Of a stretch of DNA of 64,000 nucleotides, positions 17,740-26,782 are shown one piece after another (the first letter of the stretch is position 1; each line of letters opens with the position of its first letter). This DNA is from a virus. Where the stretch lies: IMG/VR virus record IMGVR_UViG_3300045988_093487; one strand, 5' to 3'. The position numbers and the translations under genes are program-made. The notes beneath the pieces were generated by a model. That model saw nothing but the letters and a program-made list of their open reading frames with translations. It did no database searches and was not told the DNA's origin.

Positions 17740-17866
17740 ACGACCGTAAAGATGAACAAAATAGAGCATACGGTGTTACAAAACCGTCTCGGAGTGATTG
17801 TACCACAGGGAGATTTAACGGAGTATATGCTCGATGTGTGGTTCGCAAAACCTAAATTGCAAATGT

Positions 17867-17941
17867 GCGTCATGCGCCAGACGGCTAGGCGAGAGACTGC
17901 AAATCTCTTTTAGATTGGTTCGACTCCAATATGACGCTCCA
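17867..17941 (+). tRNA. tRNA-Cys(GCA)
   Basis: acceptor gcgtcat/atgacgc; anticodon stem agaga/tctct with loop ctGCAaa; T-arm attgg-ttcgact-ccaat; CCA encoded. Confidence 0.7.
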
Positions 17942-18200
17942 GTAAATGAGAATCAAAGCGGACTGGTAAAGGGATGCCTTTAGGAGCAGACCGAACTGTT
18001 GTGATAGATGTACACTATCACGCTTTGCGGTGCTCTGATTAGTGGTTTTGATGCCAACAATGGTGTTCGCGCCACCCCATCATTTATCCTCAAGCTGGCT
18101 TGAGAAACGATACTCGGAAGGGTATCACGCCCCACCGTGGGAGAAAGCGGTAGTCCGGGTCGGGACTAGAGAATACGACCACGCGATATTTGATGGATGG
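17942..18200 (+). other. about 260-nt structured non-coding region after the tRNA cluster
   Basis: no credible ORF; several perfect hairpins (gtgatag-atgtaca-ctatcac, ctcaagc-tgg-cttgag, tagtcc-gggtcg-ggacta); GC-richer than its surroundings. Confidence 0.3.
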
Positions 18201-18201
18201 G

Positions 18202-18240
18202 AACGAGTGAGTACGATTCGTTCCCAATTTTTATTATTTA
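18202..18240 (+). terminator. rho-independent terminator ending the tRNA operon
   Basis: gggaacgagtgagtacgattcgttccc hairpin plus aatttttattattt. Confidence 0.65.
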
Positions 18241-18258
18241 TGAATAGGAGATGGTTGC

Positions 18259-18970
18259 ATGAAGAAACTGCTAGGAGCTATCATTGCTTTGCTTACAACA
18301 TTCGCAATAATTTGCGCTGTGGCAGTTCCGTCAAAGGCGGCAGATTTTAGTGACAAGTTTGAATTATACGAATCGTGGAATAACAATCTAAAAGTATATA
18401 CAAGAGAAGTGAGCGAGGAACTTGATGTTCCGTATTCTGCGTTAGTTGCTATTATCTATCACGAGTCAAGATTTAAGAACGATGTTGGCACAAGCTATAT
18501 TGGCCTAATGCAAGTTGGATGTACGTCAGATATTTTGAATTTTCTTTCAAATAATGGACTAAAAACATCTAAGAAAGGTTTGTATAACCCAGAGACAAAC
18601 ATTAGAGCTGGTGCATTGATTCTTAGATACGCAATGGATAAAGCCACAAATATGGAAGATGCGTTCTATATTTATACTTGCGGCGAGGGTGCTGTAAAAA
18701 AGCGAAAGGCGAACGGTCAGAAGAAAAATAAAGCTACTATTGAAATTACAGAGCTTTATTACGAATATTCTGAATACTTTGCTGAATAGGGTAAATCTGA
18801 TTATCGACAGTTCCTATTAGATGAACTAAATGGGGTTCAGTCAGAACTCGACGAGACGAACGGTTTGCTTCAGTCTTGTGAAGTGTATCAGTCCGACTAT
18901 TACAACCAGCAGTTGTTGTTTATAGAGCAAAAGATAGACTTCATAAATTCTGAATTAAAAAATTTAGAAT
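18259..18970 (+). CDS. lytic transglycosylase (SLT domain) with signal peptide; in-frame TAG at 18787-18789 then a 60-codon extension
   Basis: signal peptide MKKLLGAIIALLTTFAIICAVA; SLT motif ESRFKNDVGTSYIGLMQV; after the TAG the frame stays open for 60 codons (GKSDYRQFLLDELNG...ELKNLE) to a TAA at 18968-18970, just before the next promoter. Confidence 0.55.
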
Positions 18971-18976
18971 AACCTC

Positions 18977-19005
18977 TTGACTTCTTGAATCCGGGATGGT
19001 ATACT
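18977..19005 (+). promoter_or_regulatory. possible promoter overlapping a terminator hairpin
   Basis: cctcTTGACT, 17 bp spacer, TATACT; the -10 lies in the loop of the hairpin ccgggatgg...catcccgg. Confidence 0.35.
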
Positions 19006-19040
19006 ACTACTAGGTAGTAATCATCCCGGATTTTTTCTTT
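18986..19040 (+). terminator. rho-independent terminator
   Basis: atccgggatgg...catcccggat 9-10 bp stem followed by tttttt. Confidence 0.6.
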
Positions 19041-19060
19041 AAGAAATTTTCCAAAACCCC

Positions 19061-19089
19061 TTGACTTTGGCCGGTTTCTATGCTATAAT
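19061..19089 (+). promoter_or_regulatory. conserved phage promoter
   Basis: ccaaaaccccTTGACT, 17 bp spacer, TATAAT tAG. Confidence 0.65.
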
Positions 19090-19144
19090 ATAGACAGTCG
19101 AAAGGCAATAAAACAAAAACAAAAGAACTAAAGGAGAAAAAATT

Positions 19145-19483
19145 ATGAAGCTGAAGGTTTATGAGAATCACAATCGCGTTATCGCTCTGGGTCACGAGTT
19201 TGGCAAGCGTATCAAGGTGATGGCTGTGTGTCACGCAGAGGATACCTTTGACGCGGACTTCGGTAAGAAGCTGGCAGAGTTCAAGTACAAGATTGCCAAG
19301 AAGGATGCTAAGATTGCAGAGCACAAGCGTTATATCAAGGCACTGAAAGCCGCCATTGCCGAATGTGAGCATGAGATTGCGGCACAGGAGGCCGCAATCG
19401 TTCTCGTGACCGAGAACCGCGATAAGGTTGTCGCAGATAAGGACGCATTTATTGCGACCAAGTATGTACACAACGAGGGGTAA
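19145..19483 (+). CDS. hypothetical coiled-coil protein
   Basis: 112 aa ORF with good RBS aaaggagaaaaaatt. Confidence 0.5.
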   Translation: MKLKVYENHNRVIALGHEFGKRIKVMAVCHAEDTFDADFGKKLAEFKYKIAKKDAKIAEHKRYIKALKAAIAECEHEIAAQEAAIVLVTENRDKVVADKDAFIATKYVHNEG

Positions 19484-19582
19484 TTACCCCTTATACATAA
19501 TAGGTGTTTAGATGAGATATTTAGGTGGTAAGAGTAGAATCGCAAAAGATATTTCAGATTATATCAATTCAGTGATAGGAAA

Positions 19583-19596
19583 TCGTGATTTTATCC
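19583..19596. repeat. left inverted repeat of the methyltransferase-1 invertible segment
   Basis: tcgtgattttatcc; its partner at 19716-19731 is the reverse complement apart from a 2-bp (ta) insertion. Confidence 0.65.
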
Positions 19597-19715
19597 GGTA
19601 ACTGCCTTCCGGCCTGAACATCTCGCCACATGGCGATTAAATACGGGTGCGCGTCATTAAGAATTTTGTGATTTGCATTGACACGTGACTCGATAGAACA
19701 GCTACCGCAAAACAA
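19597..19715. other. invertible segment (about 119 bp) inside the methyltransferase-1 coding sequence
   Basis: bounded by inverted repeats; encodes the methyltransferase motif I region on the opposite strand. Confidence 0.6.
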
Positions 19716-19731
19716 GGATATAAAATCACGA
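19716..19731. repeat. right inverted repeat of the methyltransferase-1 invertible segment
   Basis: ggatataaaatcacga, reverse complement tcgtgattttatatcc. Confidence 0.65.
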
Positions 19732-20197
19732 AGTCAACATACGATTACGTGAAAGCACACAAAGACGAAGACCCCGGATTAACCGGATATGTTGGTTTTG
19801 CGTGTAGTTATTCTGGCAAGTGGTTCGGTGGTCTTGCGAGAAATAAGCGCGGTGAAGATTTCTGTGCTGGTGCAAATCACAGCATTTATCGTGACCTAAA
19901 TGGTTTGAAAAACGCGGAGTTCTTGTGTGGCGATTATCGAGATGTATCAATCCCGGACGATTCGGTTGTATATTTAGACCCGCCATACAAAGGAACTACT
20001 GGATATTCTACTGGTGATTTTGACCATGAAGCGTTTTGGGAATATGTAAGAGAACTTTCAAAAAGATGCACAGTTCTTGTAAGCGAAGAGACTGCTCCTG
20101 ATGATTTTGCCTGTGTCTGGTCTAAACAGATTGCAAGACAGGTAGATGTGCGGCAAGGTCGAGTCTATAAAACTGAAAAATTATTTTCCAAAACCAC

Positions 20198-20226
20198 TTG
20201 ACAAATTTCCAGAAATTTGGTATAAT
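20198..20226 (+). promoter_or_regulatory. conserved phage promoter
   Basis: ccaaaaccacTTGACA, 17 bp spacer, TATAAT atAG. Confidence 0.65.
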
Positions 20227-20270
20227 ATAGTTGTTCGATTTATTCTATATACATACAAGAGGTAATTTAC

Positions 20271-21278
20271 ATGGCATTTAATTTTAGTGTACAAGAGGCT
20301 GTACGTGAGAAGATTGCTGTCAAGATTGCGCTGATGGGGCCTAGTGGATGCGGCAAGAGTTATTCTGCACTGCGTTTGGCAACTGGTATGATTGACGAAA
20401 TGCGTAAGCGGGATGTTCTTGAGGGAACGAACGGCAAGATTCTCTTCGCAAACACGGAAGGCCCTCGTGGTCGGTACTACGCAAAGGAGTTTAAGTTTGA
20501 CATTGTTGACTTGAATCCTCCTTATAACCCCGAACTGTTTATTGACCTTATCAATTTTGCAGTTCAGAACAAGTATTCCGTCCTTGTCATTGATAGTTCT
20601 TCGGCGGAATGGGAAGGTCGCGGCGGTTGTCTTGACTTGCAACAGCAGTTTGGTGGAAACTATCAGGCGTGGGCAAAGGTTACTCCTCGCCACGACAAGT
20701 TCATCGACACGATGGCATATTCTCCTATCCATATCATCAGCACGATGCGCGGGAAAGACCAATATGAGCTGGATAAGGATGACCGTGGCAAGGTGACTGT
20801 CAAGAAGTTGGGCGTTGGTGCAAAACAGCGTGATGGTTTTGAGTATTACTTCACTACTACATTCCTGATTGACCGTGATAGCCACATGGCGAAGTGCGAG
20901 AAGGATAATACCCATATCTTCGAGAACGAAGGAACTACTATCCTTGACGAAAGCCACGGCTCCAAGATTATTGACTGGGCAAACGATGGAGCGGATGACA
21001 ACTCTTACGCTGGCAATTATAATCCGGTAAAGGCAGAAGTTCCTGTTGGTAATCCTGCGACAGTCGGCAAAGCATCTGATTCGGAGATTGCGTCAGACAT
21101 TGAATCTATCGCAAGTCTGATTGAAGCACTCAAAACTAAGGGTGTTGACCGTATGGACATTGCAAAGGCTATTTCTAAGCATCACATCGTAAATGGCAAG
21201 CCTGTTGCAAACTACAACACTATCACTGATAGTAAGGTATCAAAGGCTGTTATTGCAGAATTGGAGAGTTTGGCATAA
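20271..21278 (+). CDS. Sak4-like / AAA_24-type RecA-fold ATPase
   Basis: Walker A LMGPSGCGKS; Walker B-like VLVIDSS; sits beside SSB and a nuclease; acidic C-terminal tail. Confidence 0.55.
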   Translation: MAFNFSVQEAVREKIAVKIALMGPSGCGKSYSALRLATGMIDEMRKRDVLEGTNGKILFANTEGPRGRYYAKEFKFDIVDLNPPYNPELFIDLINFAVQNKYSVLVIDSSSAEWEGRGGCLDLQQQFGGNYQAWAKVTPRHDKFIDTMAYSPIHIISTMRGKDQYELDKDDRGKVTVKKLGVGAKQRDGFEYYFTTTFLIDRDSHMAKCEKDNTHIFENEGTTILDESHGSKIIDWANDGADDNSYAGNYNPVKAEVPVGNPATVGKASDSEIASDIESIASLIEALKTKGVDRMDIAKAISKHHIVNGKPVANYNTITDSKVSKAVIAELESLA

Positions 21279-21484
21279 TGAAAAGCGCTTACCTTTCTGG
21301 TAGACAGATTGCAAAGATTATCTTGATGGAAGCTGTGAATGGTAATATCAAGTATAGTCGTTACATTTACAGACTTAGCTCTTCTGCTGACGCAACACAG
21401 AAAGCAATGGAGGAACTTGCAACACACAAGTTTACCAATGCGGGTCAGTTGAAGAAATATCTTGAAACGTATGTTATTTTCTAA
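21278..21484 (+). CDS. hypothetical protein
   Basis: 68 aa ORF, start overlaps the upstream stop (ATAATG). Confidence 0.4.
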   Translation: MKSAYLSGRQIAKIILMEAVNGNIKYSRYIYRLSSSADATQKAMEELATHKFTNAGQLKKYLETYVIF

Positions 21485-21503
21485 TCTAAAGGAGATTTAA
21501 TAC

Positions 21504-21920
21504 ATGGTAAATAATGTTGTTATTATGGGTCGTATGGTTCGTGACCCGGAACTGCGTCAGCTTGATAACGGTACTAGCGTAACCACTTTTAGTGTCGCAG
21601 TTGACCGTAATTATGTTGACAAGACCACCAACGAACGTCAGGCAGATTTTCTGAATGTCGTTGCTTGGCGGCAGACAGCGGATTTCGTCTGCAAGTATTT
21701 CCATCAGGGTGATATGATTGCCATTGAGGGTTCTTTGCAGTCTCGGAAGTATACCGACAAGGACGGAAATAATCGCATTGCGATTGAGATTGTTGCAAGC
21801 AATGTATCGTTCTGTGGCGGTAAGAATAGCGGTAATACAAATACCGCAACTACCAATGACGCTCCTGCGACTATGGTAGCAAATGCTCCCTCTGAGGACA
21901 ATGACGAACTGCCGTTCTGA
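21504..21920 (+). CDS. ssb: single-stranded DNA-binding protein
   Basis: OB-fold N-terminus MVNNVVIMGRMVRDPELRQLDNGTSVTTFSVAV, W/F residues, acidic tail ending DELPF. Confidence 0.75.
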   Translation: MVNNVVIMGRMVRDPELRQLDNGTSVTTFSVAVDRNYVDKTTNERQADFLNVVAWRQTADFVCKYFHQGDMIAIEGSLQSRKYTDKDGNNRIAIEIVASNVSFCGGKNSGNTNTATTNDAPATMVANAPSEDNDELPF

Positions 21921-21937
21921 TAACTAAAATATGATTT

Positions 21938-21978
21938 ATGGGGCGAGCGGTTGCGCTCCGCCCCATTTTTATTATAAG
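21938..21978 (+). terminator. rho-independent terminator
   Basis: ggggcgagcggttgcgctccgcccc hairpin plus atttttatt. Confidence 0.65.
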
Positions 21979-22001
21979 GGTGAATTAACAAATGGATATG
22001 A

Positions 22002-22783
22002 ATAAGAATGCGTAGGTCAACATATACTCCTTTTCAAAGTTAAAAAGTTTCTTCAATTGTAAGTATTACTATTATCTCCATTATTTTGATGATATGAAAA
22101 TGATTCCAGAATCACATGGTACAAGCGAATTTGGGTCATATATGCACAAGATATTAGAGATGTATGGAAAAGGCGAACTTGATATATATGATATGCTTTC
22201 GTATTATGAGAAGCATTATGCAGAGAATGTAACATCTACTTTTACTTTGCAGATGAAAAAGAACTTCTCAAGGGATATGGGGTATAAATATTACAAAGAT
22301 GGCTATGATTTTCTAAGTAATTTTACAGGTTTTGATTTTAAGATTTTAGAAACTGAAAAACATTTTGAACTACCTTTCAAAGATAAATTTAGATTGCAAG
22401 GCCAAATAGACGTTATTGCAGAAAACGATGATGGTTTACTGATTATTGATTATAAATCTAAAGGAAATTGGAAGAGCAAAGCAGAGCGTGTCGAATATGA
22501 AAAACAGTTGTATTCATACGCTTGGGCAATGAAGCAAATATATGGTGAATATCCGAAAAAGATGGCTTTCTTTATGTTTAGATTAAACAAATGGACATGG
22601 GTTGATTTCGACGAGAATAGGCTAAATGAAGTCTTAAATTGGATAGAATCAACTGTTGATGAGATAGAGAGCGAATTTGAGTTCAAGCCTATTACCCAAG
22701 AGAATAATGGGGTATTCGATTTCTATTGTAACAATTTCTGTGATTTTCGCCATCAATGTCCTTATGGACAATTAACTAATTAA
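22002..22783 (+). CDS. Cas4/RecB-like PD-(D/E)xK exonuclease with 4-Cys cluster; in-frame TAG at codon 8
   Basis: C-terminal CNNFCDFRHQCPY plus N-terminal SFFNCKYYYYLHY give the Cas4-type cysteine arrangement; QIDVI...DYKS nuclease core; the N-terminal Cys is only reachable from ATG 22002 through the TAG at 22023-22025, with no alternative start codon in between; the ORF track shows only the part from 22094. Confidence 0.6.
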
Positions 22784-22797
22784 GGAGAAAGATTTGC

Positions 22798-24786
22798 ATG
22801 AGTGAACTTCTGGATAAAATTATTGAAGCAAAAGGAGTTCTTGGTGATAGACAAGCAGAGATTATCGCAGAAGGCTATCCGCTTGAAGAGTGGAATCCAG
22901 AGAAAGGCTCTGCAAAATCTATCTTCAATGCTAACGACAATAATCCTTCAATGATGTGGATGAAAAAGGACTATTACTTTAAGGACTTCTCCACTGGTAA
23001 GGTATTCGGTATCTTGGACTATTATATGTACAAGTTTGGTGAACCTTACATGAAGGCAGTTAAGCGTTTGTTAGACGAGACAAAAGTAAAATACGACCCA
23101 TCTCTGTTTAGTTTTACAGCGCCAACTGAACAGAAGGATTATTTCAAGAACTTCAGATACCCTAAAGTTGAAGATGATATTTCCGGTGTTGCGTTGGAAT
23201 ATATGGCGAAGCGCGGTATTTCCGAGGAGACGTGTCGATATGTTGGTCTTGGTTCTGATATGCATGGGAACGTTGCATATCAGTTTAGGGATTTGACCGG
23301 ACGTGTTGTTACAGTTAAATATCGTCCTAGTCATGCAATTAAGAGTGGCGAACCGAAATATTTCTATCAGAAAAATGCTGATACTTGCCCTATTCTTTAT
23401 AACATTAACAAGATTGATGTAACACAGCCGCTTTTGTTGACAGAGGGTATGAACGATACTATGGCCTGTATTGAGGCTGGCTTCAAAAACGTCGTAAGTA
23501 TTCCATCTGGCGCGAATGATGATAACTGGATTAACTTTAACTATGAGTTCTTAGACCAGTTTGAAGATATTATCCTTTGGTTTGATAACGATGATGCTGG
23601 CGAAAGTGGTATGAAGAAAGCCATTCCTCGCCTTGGTGAATATCGTATTAAGATTGTCAAACCTACGGAGGATGATGAAGACGCGGTTTATAATTACTAT
23701 CACAGCTTTAATGAGAATGTAGATATTCGTAAAACCGATGCGAATAATGTTTTGTTGGCTTGTGGTAGCGCAAGAATCCTCGCGTTGATTAACTCTGCCG
23801 AAGAAATTCCTATGGAAAGCGTTATCGACCTGATGGACGTTGAGGAATTTGATATTGAACAGACTGAATATATTCCGAGCGGTATCAATTCGCTCGATAG
23901 ACAGATTTACGGTTTCATTGACGGAACATTGAACATCTGGACTGCCTACTCGGGTGTTGGCAAAACCACTATGATTTCGCAGTGTTGTGTTCTTGAAGCT
24001 ATTGACCGTGGCGAAAGCGTATTCTGGTTTAATGCCGAATCAACTACAAGCCAGATGTTAAACTGGGTTTTGGCGCAGGCGGCTGGCAGACAACATTCTG
24101 TCGAATATACTGGGGCAAATGGTTTTCAGTATTACAAACCTACTCCACAGGCAACACAGGCTATTAAGCAATACTACGCAAAGAAAATCTTTGTTTATGA
24201 CAACTTGCTTTTGTCGAATCCCGACATGGTGTTTGATAAGATGAAGTACATTTACAAAAGATGCGGTACAAAGGTATTTATCCTTGATAACTGGCTGTGC
24301 TTGAATTTCCGTGGTATTTCTGATACAGAAGTGACTGGCATTCAGGTTGACTTTATGAATAAATTGATTCATTTTACAAAACAGAATGGATTGGAAGTTC
24401 ACCTTGTTTGCCATCCTCGTAAGCAACAGGCTGGTATTCCTCTTTCCGAGTATGAGATTCTTGGCACATCTAACATTGTTAATATGGCTGATAGAATCTA
24501 CGGGCTTGAGAAGGTTTGGGATAATGATTTGAAGGCACAGGGATACGACAGACAGTTCACAGTTTTTAAGGATAGAACGCTTGGTATTCATGGTGAAAGA
24601 ATTGGTCTTAGATATGACCGCGTAACTCGCCGCCTGTATGGTGACGGTGATGATAGATTCAAGCAGTATTCTTGGGATAAAGGCTTGATTAGATACAACA
24701 GCCCGATTTTTGGTAAGAACGGCTTGCTTGTTGGTGATAGAGTTCTTGATTACGAACAAGCCGCCGCTAATAATACTCCGTATTGA
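22798..24786 (+). CDS. DNA primase-helicase (TOPRIM primase + DnaB-like helicase)
   Basis: TOPRIM LLLTEGMNDTMACIEAGFKNVVSIPSGANDD; Walker A GVGKTTMISQ; helicase motifs in the C-terminal half. Confidence 0.65.
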   Translation: MSELLDKIIEAKGVLGDRQAEIIAEGYPLEEWNPEKGSAKSIFNANDNNPSMMWMKKDYYFKDFSTGKVFGILDYYMYKFGEPYMKAVKRLLDETKVKYDPSLFSFTAPTEQKDYFKNFRYPKVEDDISGVALEYMAKRGISEETCRYVGLGSDMHGNVAYQFRDLTGRVVTVKYRPSHAIKSGEPKYFYQKNADTCPILYNINKIDVTQPLLLTEGMNDTMACIEAGFKNVVSIPSGANDDNWINFNYEFLDQFEDIILWFDNDDAGESGMKKAIPRLGEYRIKIVKPTEDDEDAVYNYYHSFNENVDIRKTDANNVLLACGSARILALINSAEEIPMESVIDLMDVEEFDIEQTEYIPSGINSLDRQIYGFIDGTLNIWTAYSGVGKTTMISQCCVLEAIDRGESVFWFNAESTTSQMLNWVLAQAAGRQHSVEYTGANGFQYYKPTPQATQAIKQYYAKKIFVYDNLLLSNPDMVFDKMKYIYKRCGTKVFILDNWLCLNFRGISDTEVTGIQVDFMNKLIHFTKQNGLEVHLVCHPRKQQAGIPLSEYEILGTSNIVNMADRIYGLEKVWDNDLKAQGYDRQFTVFKDRTLGIHGERIGLRYDRVTRRLYGDGDDRFKQYSWDKGLIRYNSPIFGKNGLLVGDRVLDYEQAAANNTPY

Positions 24787-24798
24787 TGAGGTGATGTA

Positions 24799-26456
24799 AT
24801 GGCAAACTATACAGTCTACCACTTACATACTATGCTGAGTAATGCGGTCACGAACATTGACTCAGTTACTACATATAAGCAGTACATAGAAAAGGCAAAG
24901 GCGTGTGGAATGACTGCTATGGCCTTTTCAGAGCATGGTAATATCTTTGAATGGGTTCATAAAAAAGATGCCATTGAGGCCGCTGGCATGAAATATATTC
25001 ATGCCATGGAAGCATACCTTACCGAGCGTATTCCAGACGAGGGTGAGGAAAAGATTCGTGATAATTACCACTGCGTTTTGATTGCTAGAAACTGGGAGGG
25101 TGTTAAGGAACTTAACGTCTTGCAGGGTAAGGCATTTAATCGTGTTGACGGTCATTATTACTATGCACCTCGAATTACGTTCGCTGAACTGTTCTCCACG
25201 AGTAATAATATTATTATTACCACTGCCTGTGTTGCGTCTGCATTGTGTAGAGGAACCGAAAGCGCAAAGGAATCTTATCTTAGATTCTTAACAAGGCATA
25301 AAGATAGATGTTTCTTGGAAGTCCAGCACCATAATACGCAGAAGCAGTTTGAGTATAATAGATACTTGGCGAATCTGTCCAAGGAAACTGGTCTTAGATT
25401 GATTGCTGGTACTGATACCCACTGTTTGAACGCGGAGCATGAACTTGGCCGTAGCGCACTACAGCGTGGCAAGGGCGTTTTCTTCGATGATGAAGTCGGT
25501 TGGGATTTAACATGGAAAACCTACGATGAACTTGTCGAGGCATACAGAACACAAGATGCTCTCAGTGAAGAGGAATATATGTCTGCAATCAATAACACAA
25601 ATGTTATGGCAGATATGATTGAAACCTTTGAGCTTGATAGAAGTTTCAAGTACGCAAAGATTTACGATGATGGCGAGAAAGTCCTTCGTGAAAAGTTGTT
25701 TGCACCAGAAACTATCGAACCGATTATCAAAGAGGGATTTTCAAGAGAAGAAGTAACTGCGCGTTTGGAGCAGGAAATTGACACTTTTAAGGCTTTGAAT
25801 GCGACTGACTTTATTCTTCTCGAAGACCATATTGTGCGTTGGGAACATTCGCATGATATGTGGCAAGGCCCTGCACGTGGAAGCGCCGCTAGTTCCTTGG
25901 CTTTGTACGCTTTGGGTGTGACAGAAGTAAACCCATTGAAATATGGATTTTATTTCTGGCGATTCATGGATAAATCTAAGTACAGCTTGGCTGACGTTGA
26001 TATGGATAACTCGGCAAAAGACCGTGATAAATTGAAGTTTTGGATGTTGAACGACCACCTAGACCTTCCGAATGTCAAGACTTGCGAAATTATTACGTTC
26101 AACACAATCGCATTAAAGGGTGCAATTCGTGATATCGGACGTGGATTGGATATGCCTTTGGATGAGGTTGATACGATTGCAAAGGCCGTTCATGAAGTAG
26201 CAGTCGATGAAGAAAAGATTGTTACTATTGATGATAGCTGGCGTAAGAAATATCCAGAGCTGTTCAAGTATGTTGATATTGTTATTGGCACTATCGTTAG
26301 TATCGGTTCTCATCCGTCTGGTGTTGTTGTTTCTGACCATGACATTGAATCAGAATTTGGTCTGTGTTATCTAAAAGATGACCCCTATCCTGTCTCCTGC
26401 ATCAATATGAAGGAACTTGATTCCCTTAATTTTACCAAACAGGATGCCCTTGGGTA
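24799..26456 (+). CDS. dnaE: DNA polymerase III alpha (DnaE-type), exon 1 (PHP domain and start of palm)
   Basis: PHP motifs YHLHTMLS and FSEHGN; ends ...NFTKQDALG at a 5' splice site cttgggT|. Confidence 0.75.
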
Positions 26457-26681
26457 AACAATCCTGCCCAAGTAAAAGCGAGTTATATGCTGGGAAGTGC
26501 TTAGAGCCTCAGTTACCAAAGTGTGACAATACTGAGGATTGCACAATCAGCAGGCACGATAAGTTCTGCCTCAACGACTATGGGAATATCCCAACTGTCA
26601 TAGAGTGATTTATGACAGTAACCTCGCTGAAATGATATAGTCTGGTCTGCATTTAATAGTGCAGAGTCAAGCAGAAATGAC

Positions 26682-26710
26682 TTGACATTTTGTTTGCTTT
26701 CTGATATAAT
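26682..26710 (+). promoter_or_regulatory. conserved phage promoter inside the intron, upstream of the endonuclease ORF
   Basis: gaCTTGACA, 17 bp spacer, TATAAT atAtG. Confidence 0.55.
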
Positions 26711-26782
26711 ATATGTAAAGGTGGTGATTGTATGGCGAAAGCAAGATATACGAAAGTGTAGTTCTATAATGAAATACTCCGG

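Larger units (their letters stand above)
19512..20201 (+). pseudogene. Dam-like N6-adenine DNA methyltransferase interrupted by an internally inverted segment (OFF orientation)
   Basis: N-terminal MRYLGGKSRIAKDI... (19512-19601) and C-terminal GYVGFACSYSGKWFGG...DPPY (19749-20201) sit on the plus strand; the middle part with SAM motif I (DFISLFCGSCSIE...YLIAMWRDV) is encoded on the minus strand between them; in-silico inversion gives one continuous 230-codon ORF. Confidence 0.7.

Noticed and set aside
17740-17866. Region containing gtgtggttcgcaaaacc and acggt-gttacaaa-accgt examined as a tRNA
   Set aside because: The T-arm-like element lacks a complementary stem and no acceptor pairing could be found. 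At most a pseudo-tRNA remnant.
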